Below are positions 25,773-38,052 of a DNA stretch of 64,000 bases, piece by piece. Below the pieces are notes generated by a model. The model worked only from the letters and a program-made list of their open reading frames with translations. It was not told where the DNA came from and searched no databases. Each line of letters opens with the position of its first letter. The stretch's first letter is position 1. This stretch comes from Chiloscyllium plagiosum (taxonomy: Eukaryota), in NCBI RefSeq assembly GCF_004010195.1, contig NC_057752.1, positions 12,094,923 to 12,158,922 of the forward strand, in the 5' to 3' direction. Position numbers and translations under genes: made by a program.

Positions 25773-26379
25773 ATTGGTGTGTCAAATTATAGAAGAATCA
25801 CTTTGTGAACTGCTGACCTCTCCTACTTCACTCCAATTGTCTCTGGTCATACACTAATCTTACCACCTGACATACTACTGTTTCTTATCTTTCTCTCTAC
25901 TGTGACCAAGCTAAGCTGAAAGTGGGAGCCCGTGATCCATACAAGATAGTCAGGTGAGTTAGAACAGAAATTGCTGGAAAATCTCAGCAGGTCTGGCAGC
26001 TTCTCAGAACAGAAAGCAGAGTTGGCATTTCGGATTCAGTTCTGAAGAAGGATTGCCTGACCCGAAATGTTAACTCTGTTTTCTCTCAACAGATGCTGCT
26101 AGACCTGCTGAGATTTTCCAGCAATTTCTAATTTTGTTTCATTTCCAACATCTGCAGTTCTTTTGGTTTTGAGTTAGTAAAGGGAATTGTGGACCTGACT
26201 ACAGGAAGAGAAATTGCTTATGTCATCTTAACATTTTAAATCAACATCACAGTAGAGAGAGAGATAAGAAACTGTAGTGTGTCAGGTGATAAGATTAGTG
26301 TATGACCAGAGACAATTGGAGTGAAGTAGGAGAGGTCAGCAGTTCACAAAGTGATTCTTCTATAATTTGACACACCAAT
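25773..26379. repeat. 133-bp near-perfect inverted repeat (arms 25773-25905 and 26247-26379)
   Basis: Manual alignment gives 4 mismatches, all in the inner part; the outer 90 bp are identical. The 341-bp spacer contains a Penelope-type palindrome (about 25960-26165). Confidence 0.92.
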
Positions 26380-26799
26380 GTGGAAATACTGGGGCAGTTA
26401 GACAGATTTTTGTAATTAGAGGAAGAACAATGGGAAGATTGATTAAGGCTATTTAGAAAATTGTAGGAAATCTGCATAGGCATACCAAGATGTACAAAAT
26501 TAGCCATTTAAAGTCCAGTTTGAAAACAATGCTCATGCAGGGAAAGAGACTAGAGGATTTGCTTAGCTTGGAAATAGAAGATTTGTAGTAACGCTCATAG
26601 AAAATATACATTACAGTTTGGAACAGGCAGGAAGTGAGACAGAAAGCTGTCAGGGCTGTATCTGTTCAATATCAGGACACAGAACATAAAGACTATTAGG
26701 AGCAAGGGTGTTTTTGATTTTTAAATCAGTGAGCAAAAATGGAATGAGGTCCAAATTTGAGCTGCGAAATCCACATCCACAAGGTGTAGGAGAAAAGTT

Positions 26800-27126
26800 A
26801 TAGAATCATAGAATCCCTACAATGTGGAAACAGACCATTTGGCCCAACAAATCCGCACAGACCCTCCGAACAGTAACCCATCCAGACCCATTTCCCACCC
26901 TACTACTCTACATTTCCCCTGACTAATACACCTAACCTACACATCCCTGAACACTATGGGTAACTTAGCATTGCCAATTCACCTGACCTGCACAGCTTTG
27001 GACTATGGGAGGAAACCAGAGCACCCGGAAGACACAGGGAGAATGTCCAAACTCCACACAGATAGTTGTCCAAGGCTGGAATTGAACCCGAGTCCCTGTT
27101 GTTGAGAGACAGCAATGCTAACCACT
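26800..27126 (-). mobile_element. V-SINE (HE1-like), diverged
   Basis: Same head, V-domain and tail as the other copies. Confidence 0.85.
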
Positions 27127-27254
27127 TGTTTGGCTAACCACAGATAGCCATACAATAATGGAAGCCAAACATTAAAATGTACACATTAGAGAATAGCTGG
27201 AACATGGAGGAGAAATCAAAGTGAATTCTGAAGAGCTGTGGCGTTTTCAAAGGA

Positions 27255-28180
27255 TCATAGAATTTTACATTACAGAAGGAGACCCATTGTGTCTGCACTG
27301 GCTTCTGAACGATCTACCCAGCTAGTCCTCAATAAGGTCACCTTTTAATCTTCTCTGCTCCAAGGAGAATAAGCTTAATTTCTCTAATCTTTTCTTGTAT
27401 CTAAACTCCCTCATTCTTGGTATCATTCTAGTATATCTCCTCTCCACTCTCTCCAAGGTTTGAATATCCTTCCTCAAATAAGGGGCCCAGAACTGAACAC
27501 AATGCTCCAAACGTGGTCTGACCAATGATTTGTAGAACTATGGCATCACTTCCTTGCTTTTATACTCTATGCCTCTATTTATAAACCCAAGGATCCTATA
27601 AGCCTTCTTATCAACAGTTTCAACTTGCCTGCCCGCCTTCAGAGAATCAAGCATGTGAACCCCGAGGTCCCTCCCCTCCTGTACTCCCCTCAAAGTTACA
27701 TCAATGAACCTGTATTGTCTCTCTTTATTTCTTCTACCTAAGTTACCTCTCATTTCTCTGCACTGAAATGCATCTGCGAGGTGGCTGCCCATTTGGCCAA
27801 TTTGTCAATGTCTTTCTGAAGTTGCATAGCATCATCCTCATAGCTCACTATTCTTTCTGGCTGAGTGTTATGTGCAAATTTCGAATTCTGCTCTCAAAAC
27901 CCATCTCCAAATAAATCAGAAAAAGCAAGGGCCCCAAGGACGATCCCTGGGGAACACCACTTTCAACTTGTCTCAAATCTAAGAAATGCCCATCTATACT
28001 TATCCTCTGTTTCCTATCTTTTGGCCAACTTCTAATCCATGCTGTTAAGGACCCAACAATCCCAACCAGCTCTAATTTGCTGACCAACCTGCCAATGTGG
28101 CACGATATCAAATTTTTTCTGAAAGTTCAAATCTACAATATCCACAGCACTACCCTCATGCACTGCTTGTGTCGCCTTAT
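27255..28180 (-). mobile_element. Old CR1 RT/3' fragment
   Basis: SGVPQGSSLGP, RPRLEHCVQFWAPY, RRLKGDL. Confidence 0.85.
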
Positions 28181-29158
28181 CAAGGAATGCAATTAATTAA
28201 TTTTATTCATTCATCGCGTACAAACTCTGTTGTCTGGATCTGCACTTATAGAGTCGTAGAGATGCACGGCATGGAAGCAGACCCTTTGGCCCAACTCTCT
28301 TGCCTGTTTCTAGTTGCCTTCAAGAAGGTGATGGTGAGCTCCCTTCTTGAACCGCTGCAGTACATCTGGTGCAGGTGCATACACAATGCCATTAGGAAAG
28401 GATTGCCAGGATTTTAATCTGCTGACAGTGAAGGAACAACAATATATTTCCAAGTCAGGTTGGTGAGTGACTCGGAGGGGAACTTGTAGGTGATGGCATT
28501 GCCATGTATTTGCTGCCCTTATCCGTTGAGATGGGAGTGGTCATGGGTTTGAAAGGTGCATTGAAGATGTCTTAGTGAATTTCTGCGCTTTGTAGGTGGT
28601 ACACCCTGCTGCTACTGAGTGTCAGTGGTGGAGGAAATGAACATTTGTGGATGTGGTGCTAATCAAGCGGACTGCTTTGTGCTTTATCAGATTTAGTTTA
28701 AATTCTAAAAGGAGAAATGAATAAATCCTTAAGATCTCACAGTGTATAATGAATGACTTGCTCTGAATTATGCAGTGAGGGGACTGTATATCGACAAACT
28801 GTAGTGTTGTTAGTTGTGCTTGTTTTTTTTTAAAAGCATACAGTAGAACTCTTTAAAAATGTGAAACCTTATGGCATAATTTCTGTCAGTTGGTCACTGG
28901 GCATTTGATTTTTTCTTTAAATGTTAGTGACCTCTACAGGGATTCCAACATCGTGCAAAACTCTCTCTAACAAGGTTTCAAGGCTTGCCTCCTCCAAACT
29001 CAACCCTCCAGGTCAGTGTGAAATGCTGGAGTTTGAAAATTCCATAGACAGTCTGATGTTGAGTCTGCCGTCTGTTTCCCTATAACTATCCAAAATATCT
29101 TTACACTGTGAATGATTATAACTTTTGTCGTGCACCTGCTCTTTGCTCAGATACATAC

Positions 29159-29343
29159 TCTGAATTGGCTGAAGTACGAATACGATGTATCGAATGTTTT
29201 ATGGTGGGCATCAACTAATAAGGCAATCAATTTTTCTTGTTCATCTGACAATTTTGGTTTCTTTGCCTCCTTGACTGCTTCTTCTTCTTTACGTTTTAAA
29301 ATCATCTCCTTTTTCCGTTGAACTTCTTCATCTGTTAAAATGA
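29159..29343 (-). CDS. VDR: Vitamin D receptor, exon encoding CTE/hinge and LBD helix 1
   Basis: Translation (F)[61 protein letters not shown]. Acceptor tttatttttctccccag, donor gtatgt; 185 nt; phase matches the upstream exon. Confidence 0.97.
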
Positions 29344-30973
29344 CTGGGGAGAAAAATAAATGTTATGAGAATGTAACCATCCTTTCAGTGTTATACCCAT
29401 TTATTGATACGTGTTACAAGGCCAGCACTATAAGACTCATGTTGAGCTATAAAGCCACAACCTCCTTCACCCACAACAGAACACACCTAGAACAGACAAG
29501 AACAAACTGATATGAAGGGGAAACAAATCATTATCTGGACTAGATATCTCAAGAATAGTGACCCAACCTCGATATGTCGGATAAAGTAAAGCAAACAGTG
29601 CTTCTACCAACAAAGCATCCAGATCCTGGTCATATGAATGGTACGTAAATATGTAAGCATGTGTCTAAATTTACGTGCAGTTGCTAGGGGCCACATTAAT
29701 TCATACGGAGGGACCTGTCTTCTGCAGCAGAAAAGGAACATGTCCAAGCAATGGCCTTTTTGAACCAAACAAAAACTATGTGAAACAATAGATTACTGGT
29801 CATTCTCCATGACAAATCCTTGACCAATCAGTACCCTTTTCTCAGACAGTATAAATTCTTGCTCCCTTTGAGATTTGGTATTCTCACATCTGACCTGATG
29901 GGCACAAGATGAAAAGCTTTGAAAATATCTCCTTTTTTATCAATACATAAGAACAAAAATATTTGGACCTACGCTCTCCTTAAACAAGAAACCATATTTA
30001 CTTGATTGATGGGAATTCTGAAGCATAGAGATATGTATAGAGTGAGAAAATTGTATCTGGTGCAAGAACAGATTAAAATACATAAATAATGAGATAAAAA
30101 AATTCTTTTCATCCAACCTGTGGAAAGCTATTCTTTCAGTAGCTTACACCTTGAACTAGTGAATTTGACATTGTCGGCTGGGGACAAAGAGAGGAATGTT
30201 AAACTATAACTGTAATACAGTGTTCTGATACTGAAGTTCAACTACATGTAACCTTGCCGACTCCTTTATGGTTACAAAGTGTAATTGCTTAAAATAGACA
30301 TTTGCTGAGATCAATTAGCGGTTGAAGGTCAATGTGCAGCTTGCCAGGTGTTGAAATTCTCTGGCTCCTTCCCAAAATCGAAATAAAAGATTGTGAATGC
30401 TTTCCTCTCCCTTTTATAAAAATAATGTTTTGCATCTGCAACAAATTCTGACTGTTTTCAAGTGAGACAAATCCAGTCCAGAATAACAGAATGGAAACCT
30501 CCTCTTGTAAGGATCTGAACAGTTTCAGTCCAGATTCAGTGGAGTGAGAGTCAATTGCAAAAACATCTTGTCAAAATGCAGTTTCAAGCTTTCCTTCAAC
30601 AACCCTATAAGATCCAAATCCATACTAGGCATAACCACTGAGGTGCTTTGCTATCATATAGGTCTGGACAGGCTACAAGAAATTACTGGATAGAAGTATG
30701 TTCAACATAACCTCCTTGCTCTTGTGCCCCATGCCTGTATTAATAAAGTCCAGGATATATATGCTGTATTAACCACGCTCTCAACCTGTCTTGCCATCTT
30801 TAATGACTTATGCACATACACTCCCAAGTTCCTCTGCTTCTGCAGTCTCATTATAGTTGCACCCTTTATTTTATACTGTCTCTCCATGTTTTTCACACTA
30901 AAACATTACCTCATACTTCTCTGCACTGAACGTCATCTACCACTACTCGACCAACTTGTTTTTTGAAGTTGAA

Positions 30974-31715
30974 TCATAGACAGTGTGGAAGCAAGCTCTT
31001 CGGTCCATCAAGTCCACACAAACCCTCTAAAGACCATCCCACGCAGACCCACCCCCCTGCCCTATCCCAGCAATTCCCCATGGCCAACCCACCAAGACAG
31101 CACATCCCTGGACACTATGAGCAATTTAGCATGGCCAATCCACCAAACTTGCACAGGACTGTGGAAGGAAATAGGATCACCTGGAGGAACCCCACACAGA
31201 CACAAGAGAGAAAGTGCAAATTTCACATAGACAGAGAATGTGCAAATTTCACACAGTTTTTTTTTATTTCAAAAATATACTTTATTCATATATATTTAAT
31301 CTATACAATTGCACATGTCATCATTCTGTAAACATTCCATTTCTTTGCGTATCGAAACAGGGTAATCATTCCTATTCACAGGTTGGTGCAATTACATTGA
31401 GCTCAGACGCCAGCGGAGCCCAAATGACTGCGTGGGCCCCCTGTTCTTCTTAGGCAGGCAGATGTTACACGGTGGTCTTTCCCCACCGCGCCTTGGCGGC
31501 AGCTGCCCCAAGCTTCAGCGCGTCCCTCAACACGTCGTCCTGGACCTTGGAATGTGCCAGTCTGCAACACTCAGTCGGGGTCAACTCCTTCAGCTGGAAG
31601 ATCAACAGGTTTCGGACCACCCAGAGAGCGTCCTTCACCGAGTTGATGATTTCACACAGACAGTTGCCCAAGGATGGAAACGAACCCAGGTCCCTGGTGC
31701 TGTGAGGCAGCAGTG
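30974..31715 (-). mobile_element. V-SINE interrupted by a Tx1 insertion
   Basis: SINE body at 30974-31256; head resumes at 31649-31715. Confidence 0.75.
31257..31648 (-). mobile_element. 5'-truncated Tx1-clade LINE with poly(A) and 11-bp TSD
   Basis: INSVKDALWVVRNLL...CCRLAHSKVQD...WGKTTV*, AATAAA and A-tail; TSD atttcacacag at 31246-31256 and 31649-31659. Confidence 0.85.
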
Positions 31716-32129
31716 TCGCTCTTCTACACTGCAGAAGTTCTACACTTCACAGTTCACATTGGGCTGAATCTTTTGTTTTATTTTCTAGCTGTCAGTTGCA
31801 TTGAGTTTTTTGGAGGATTTCTTGCTGAGAGACCTCAGGGGTTCTCACTGCACCTTACCAAACTCACCTCACTATCTACCTACCTGTCCACTCGGCATCC
31901 CTCATGTTGATTACAGCCCAATCTTCCCACGTACTATTCCTGGAACAATTTGTCACGCTCGAGTATCTGCTGAAAGATGGATTTTTCAATGGCTGCTGTG
32001 CAGCCAGAGGAACAATGGCATTCTGACTTTGCCCCGCTCATTGACAGGCAGATTCTGAACATATTGGAGAAGGGGAAGATTGTACCACAATTGAATGATG
32101 GGGGGGGGGTTCTGAGGTAGTGGTGGAGA

Positions 32130-32640
32130 AATCATAACAAAGCAATAACAATAGGGAATTTGGTTATGAGGGGAACAAATATATGTTTCTGTGGACACAG
32201 GTGTGATACTAGGGGTATGTTTCCATCCCTATGGTCGGGGTTAAGGATATTCCTGAGCAGCTGCTGGACCTTTTAAAAGGGAAGGGAGAACACCAGTGGT
32301 TGTGATCCATGCTAGTGCCAACTCCATAGGTAGAAGCAGGAAAGGTTCTACATACAGTATGAGGAGCTAAGCATGAAATTATGAAGCTGAATCTCCAAGA
32401 TCATAATGTCTGGATTATTTCCGGAGCCATGTGCAAACTGGCATAGGGTGCATAAAATTACAGCAATGAAAAAGTGGTTCAAAAATTGGTGTGGGAGAAG
32501 TGGGTTCCGGTTCATAGGCCAATAGAACCAGTACTCAGAAATGTGGGCGCTGTACTGTTGGGACAGTCTATTCCAGAACCATACTGGGGCCAGCGTTCTT
32601 GTGAACTGCACAACTAGGGAAGTATTGTTTAAAATTAAAT
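32130..32640 (+). mobile_element. Decayed CR1 ORF1 SGNH-esterase remnant
   Basis: AITIGNLVMRGTNICFCG...DIPEQLLDLLKGKGE...VVIHASANSIGR resembles the CR1 ORF1 esterase (GDS/RG/GTND blocks), now degenerate. Confidence 0.6.
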
Positions 32641-32889
32641 AGCGTGGAGAAAGGATCAAAGAAGAAAGATGTGGTATATCAAGGAGTAGGGACAAGGGAA
32701 GAGAGGAAAATAGAAATATGGGAAATGAAGGTCAGAACATGGCAGGAAAGAAGAAAAAAAACACACTCAGAATACACCAATCAAGATTAGGGTTGAATCA
32801 TCTTTTTTGGCAAAGTGCAAGTTATGTTGAGGGTTTCTCACTGTGAGACTTAGTGAGTTTTCTAGCTCTCTCACAAAATATTTTTGATA

Positions 32890-33232
32890 TGTTCACAGGA
32901 TGTAAGCATTACTGGTGGACCAGCATTTATTGTTCATCGCTAATTGCCCAGAGGATAGTTAAGAGTCAATCATATTGTTGTAGGTGTGGAATCACACGTA
33001 GGCCAGACCAGGTAAGGATGGCAGATTTCCTTCCTTAAACAACATTAGTGAACTAGATAGATTTTCACAACAATGATGATGGCTACATGGTCACCATTAA
33101 GCCAGCTCTTTATTCCAAATATTTTTGAATTCAAATTTCACCATCTGCCATGGTGGGAGTCTAACCTACACCGCTTTCCCCCCCCCCCACCACCCAAACA
33201 TTAACCTGGAGTTCTGGATTACTAGTGCAGTG
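32890..33232 (-). mobile_element. Second tRNA-derived SINE family (unnamed here)
   Basis: gtaggccagaccaggtaaggatggcagatttccttcc motif shared with 52305-52595 (-), about 47075-47150 (+) and 56833-57180 (+). Confidence 0.7.
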
Positions 33233-33438
33233 AGTTGCCTCATTAATTACCTACCCTGTCTCTGTGGTGTCTCTCACATCTGCCTTCTGCCCCTCTATGC
33301 CACTCACCATTCCCGGTACACAACCACTCAGTGGATATTCCAGAATTCACCAGGCTTCCTTGTGCCTGCATAATCTTAAAATCCTTAGTTCTTGTCCAGG
33401 TGCACATCATTCCAGAGTTCCCTGCACTTAGCCCTGAC

Positions 33439-34025
33439 ATGGCAGACAGGGGGAATCCTCTTTGGACCCTTTGAAGGGCAGGGACCTGGAGGTCCTGTGA
33501 GAATGCGGTGGTTCAGAGGCAGGACCTCCTCTTCCCCTAGGACCAACAGTGCAGGCCATGACACCAGACCATACTAGTCTGATCTGAGGTTGCGTTCCAG
33601 GTCAGTGCAGTCACAGTCATCAAGAGGAATGCATGGCAACATAGGAAGGAGGTTCAATGACTTTCTCCCATCCACCAGTGTAAACAGCGTCTGTTCTCTG
33701 ATACTTCACACTATTTCTTCTACTGTATCCACCTCCCAAGGCTCATGACCTCCCTCTCTCTATTGCCTGCAACATCTTCCTTGATCTCACCAACTGCAAC
33801 CCCTGATAGCAGTAATCCTGCATGCCCTCTGTGCTGCCACTCACTCACCTGGCACACCTCCCCACAAAGTGCCAAAAATAGCTTCGCTACCAATTTTTAT
33901 CTCCTGTAATACATTTCTCATTGCAGGAGGACAAAGCTCGCAATAGGGCAGGAAGTGTCAAGCCAGTGGTGTGCTGCCCATCATGCAGCACATTACCCTT
34001 TACGAACAGAGGATCCTGCCTCTAA
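33439..34025 (+). mobile_element. Decayed PIF/Harbinger Myb/SANT-like accessory gene remnant
   Basis: With frameshifts and stops: RDLEVL..AVVQRQDLLFP...*SEVAFQVSAVTVIKRNAWQHRK/RFNDFL, then after a ttgcag acceptor ...ITLYEQRIL. This pattern is typical of Harbinger MSANTD-type proteins. Confidence 0.5.
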
Positions 34026-34364
34026 CAGTCTAACAAAGGCTTGTACTTGCATCGGAGGCGACCCTTGATTTTCTGTACTGGAACCCTCTAAACAAAGGCT
34101 ATGGCTATGGACTTGACTGAGGCTTGCTGCCAACTGTGACAGGTTTCCTGACTTTGTCCTAAATGGCAAAGCAAGACAGCAGAAATATCAGCCTGGTTAC
34201 TCTGGCTGAGGGGGCAAAGCACAAAAGGCAGGGATGTTGTGATCATAGAGAAAGGCTCAGAGTGAGTGAGCACGCTGACAGCAAGTGAAGAGCTTGGAGA
34301 TGCAGCCTGGTCCAGCCCATGAGCTGAGTGTGTGTCCCTGAGTGTACTATGTCCTTGCTGCAGC

Positions 34365-36430
34365 ATTATCACAGAGACATAGAGATGTACAGCATGTAAG
34401 CAGACCCTTCGATCCAATCTAATCTAGTCCCATTTGCCAGCACTTGGTCCATATCCCTCCAAACCCTTCCTATTCATATACCCATCCAAATGTCTCTTAA
34501 ATGTTGTAATTGTACCAGCCTCCACCACTTCCCCTGGAAGCTCATTCCATACATGTACCACCCTCTGCGTGAAAAAGTTGCCCCTTAAGTCTATTTTGTA
34601 TCTTTCTCCTCTCACCCTAAACCTCTGCCCTCTAGTTCTGGACTCCCCCATCCCAGGGAAAAGACTTTGCCTATTTACCCTATCCATGCCCCTCATGATT
34701 TTATAAACCTCTATAAGGTCACCCCTCAGCCTTCGACGTTCCAAGGAAAACAGCCCCAGCCTGTTCTGCCTCTCCCTGTAGCTCAAATCTTCCAACCCTG
34801 GCAACATCCTTGTAAATCTTTTCTGAACCCTTTCAAGTTTCACAACATCTTTCCGATAGGAAACTTCTCAGCCCATTGGCCCATCTGATCAAGATCCCAT
34901 TGTAATCTGAGGTAACCTTCTTCGCTGTCCACTACACCTCCAGTTTTGGTGTCATCTGCAAACTTACTAACTGTACCTTCTATTTTTATATCCAAGTCAT
35001 TTATATAAATAACAAAAAGTAGTGGACCCAGCACCGATCCTTGTGGCACTCCACTGGTCACAGGCCTCGAGTCTGAAAAACAACCCTCCACCACCACCTT
35101 TGAGCCAGTTCTGTGTCCAAATGGCTAGTTTCCCCTGTGTTCCGTGAAATCTAACCTTGCTAATCAGTCTCCCATGGGGAACCTTGTCGAACATCTTACT
35201 GAATTCCATATGGATCACGTCCACTGCTCTGCCCTCATCAATCCTCTTTGTTACTTTATCAAAAAACTCAATCAAGTTTGTGAGACATGATTTCCCACAC
35301 ACAAAGCCACGTTGACTATCCCTAATCAGTCCTTGCCTTACCAAATACATGTACATCCTGTCCCTCAGGATCCCCTCCAACAACTTGCCCACCACCGAGG
35401 TCAGGCTCACCGGTCTATAGTTCCCTGGCTTGTCCTTACCACCCTTCTTAAACAGTGGCACCACGTTAGCCAACCTCCAGTCTTCTGGCTCCTCACCTGT
35501 GACTAACAACAATACAAATATCTCAGCAAGAGGCCTAGCAATCACTTTCCTAGCTTCCCACTACGTAGAATACAGAACATAGAGCCTGTACTGCGCTGCA
35601 ATGTTCTTTGGCCCTCGATGTCGTGCCGACCTGTGAAACCAATCTGAAACCCATCTAACCTACACTATCCTACTTTCATCCATATGTTTATCCAATGACC
35701 ATTTAAATGTCCTTAAAGTTGGTGAGTCTACAACTGTTGCAGGCAGTGCGTTCCACACCCCTACTACGCTCTGAGTAAAGAAACTACCTCTGACATCTGT
35801 CCTATATCTATCACCCCTCAATTTAAAGTTACGTCTCCTCGTGTTAGCCATCACCATCCGAGGAAAAAGGCTCTCACTGTCCACCCTATCTAATCCTCTG
35901 ATTATCTTTTGTGTCTCAATGAAGTCACCTCTCAACCTTCTTCTCTCTAACAAAAACAGCTTCAAGTCCCTCAGCCTTTCCTCATAAGACCTTCTGTCCA
36001 TACCAGGCAACATCCCGGTAAATCTCTTCCGAACCCTTTCCAATGCTTCCACATCCTTCCTATAATGTGGTGACCAGAACTGTACGCAATACACCAAGTC
36101 AGGCTACACCAGAGTTTTGTGCAGCTGCAACATGACCTCATGGCTCCAAGACTCAATCCCTCTACCAATAAACGCTAACATACCGTATGCCTTCTTAACA
36201 ATCCTACCAATGTCAGTGGCAACTTTCAGGCATCTATGCACATGGACACGAAGATCAGGTGAATAGGCCATGCTAAATTGCCCATAGTGATAGTAGAGGA
36301 ATGGGTCTGGATGGGTTACTCTTCGGAGGGTCAGTGTGGACTTGTTGGGCCGAAGGGTCTGTTTCCACCCTGTAGGGAATCTAATCTCTCTGCTCATCTA
36401 CACTACCAAGAATCTTACCATTAGCCCAGT
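34365..36430 (-). mobile_element. Two adjacent CR1 copies (34365-35565, 35566-36430) with an embedded SINE fragment
   Basis: ORFs 34424-34843, 34840-35097, 34997-35545 and 35660-36097 carry RT motifs; SINE 3' half at about 36255-36385. Confidence 0.9.
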
Positions 36431-36479
36431 AATCTTTATTTAGGGTGTAGGTTTGCTTGCTGAGCAGTAGGTTTGATAT

Positions 36480-36519
36480 CCAGACGTTTCATTACCTGGC
36501 TAGGTAACATCATCAGTGG
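36480..36519 (-). ncRNA. Minimal type I hammerhead ribozyme motif (PLE-associated)
   Basis: Minus strand CCA-CUGAUGA-U-GUUACCUAGCCAGGUAAU-GAAACGUC-UGG. Confidence 0.7.
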
Positions 36520-36595
36520 CGACCTCCAAGTGAAGCAAAGCTGTTGTCTCCTGCTTTCTATTTATATCTTTCTCCTGGATGGGGTTCCTGGGGTT

Positions 36596-36922
36596 TAGAT
36601 TAGATTAGATTCCCTACAGTGTGGAAACAGGCCCTTCAGCCCAACAAGTCCACACCGACCCTCCAAAGAGTAACCCACCCAGACTTATTTCCCGCTGACT
36701 AATGCACCTAACACCTAACACTATGGGCAATTTAGCATGGCCAATTCACTTGACCTGCACATCTTTGCACTGTGGAAGAAAAACCAGAGCACCCGGAGGA
36801 AACCCACGCAGACACGGGGAGAATGTGCAAACTCCACATAGACAGTCACCCGAGGCTGGAATCAAACCTGGGACCCTGGTGCTGTGAGGCTGCAGTGCTA
36901 ACCACTGTGCCACCGTGCCAAC
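36596..36922 (-). mobile_element. V-SINE (HE1-like) nested in the Penelope element
   Basis: Full head, V-domain and (taatc)n tail. Confidence 0.9.
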
Positions 36923-37672
36923 CCATTTCCTGTTTGTTTTCTGAGGGGTTGATAGATGGCATCTAGATCTATGTGTTTGTTTATGGCATTGTGGTTGGAG
37001 TGCCAGGCCTCTAGGAATTCTCTGGCATGTCTTTGCCTAGCCTGTCCCAGAACAGATGTGTTGTCCCAGTCGAAATGGTTTTTAACATCCGTGTGTAGGG
37101 CTACGAGGGAGAGAGGGTCGTGTCTTTTTGTGGCTAGCTGATGTTCCTGTATCCTGGTGGCTAACGTTCTTCCTGTTTGTCCTACATAGTGTTTGTGGCA
37201 GCCCTTGCATGGAATTTTATAGATGACATTGGTTTTGTCCATGGGTTGTACTGGGTCTTTTAAGTTTGTTAGTTTTTGTTTGAGAGTGTTGGTGGGTTTG
37301 TGTGCTACTAGAATTCCGAGGGGTCTTAGTAGTCTGGCTGTCATTTCTGAAACTTCTTTGATTTATGGTAAGGTGGTTAGGGTTTCTGGCTGTGTTTGGT
37401 CTGCTTGTCGTGGTTTGTTCTTGAGGAATCTGCGCACTGTATTTTTTGAGGATCCGTTCTTCTTGAATACGTTGTATAGGTGGTTCTCCTCTGTTTTCCG
37501 AAGTTCGTCAGTGCTGCAGTGTGTGGTGGCTTGTTGGAATAGTGTTCTGATACAGCTTTGTTTAGTGTGTTGGGATGGTTGCTGGTGTAGTTAAGTATTT
37601 GGTCAGTGTTTGTCGGTTTTCTGTATACGCAGGTTTGTAGTTCTCTGTTGTCCTTTCTTTCGACTGTGACGT

Positions 37673-38052
37673 CCAGGAATCTTTATTCCTGTTGCTCCTT
37701 CCAAAGTGAATCACCTCACACTTTTCTGCATTAAACTCCATTTGCCACCTCTCAGCCCAACTCTGCAGCTTATCTACGCCCCTCTGTAACCTGCAACATC
37801 TTTCCGCACTTTCCACAACTCCACCTGTAATCTGCAAATTTACTAACCCATCCTTCTAGGCCCTCATTCATGGTCATTTATAAAAATGACAAACAGCAGT
37901 GGACCCAAAACAGACCTTTGCGGTACACCACTAGTAACTGAACTCCTGGATAAACATTTCCCATCTACCACCACCCTCCGTCTTCTTACAGCTAGCCAAT
38001 TTCTGATCCAAACCGCTAAATCACCCTCAATCCCATGCCTCCGTATTTTGTG
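37673..38052 (-). mobile_element. Continuation of the CR1 split by the Penelope element
   Basis: SGVPQRSVLGP...WQMEFNAEKCEV. Confidence 0.85.

Larger units (their letters stand above)
36441..37672 (-). mobile_element. Penelope-like element (RT thumb plus GIY-YIG) inserted in a CR1
   Basis: ORF 36898-37344 NVIYKIPCKGCHKHYVGQTGRTLATRIQEH...AREFLEAWHS; TSD aatctttatt at 36431-36440 and 37678-37687. Confidence 0.9.
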
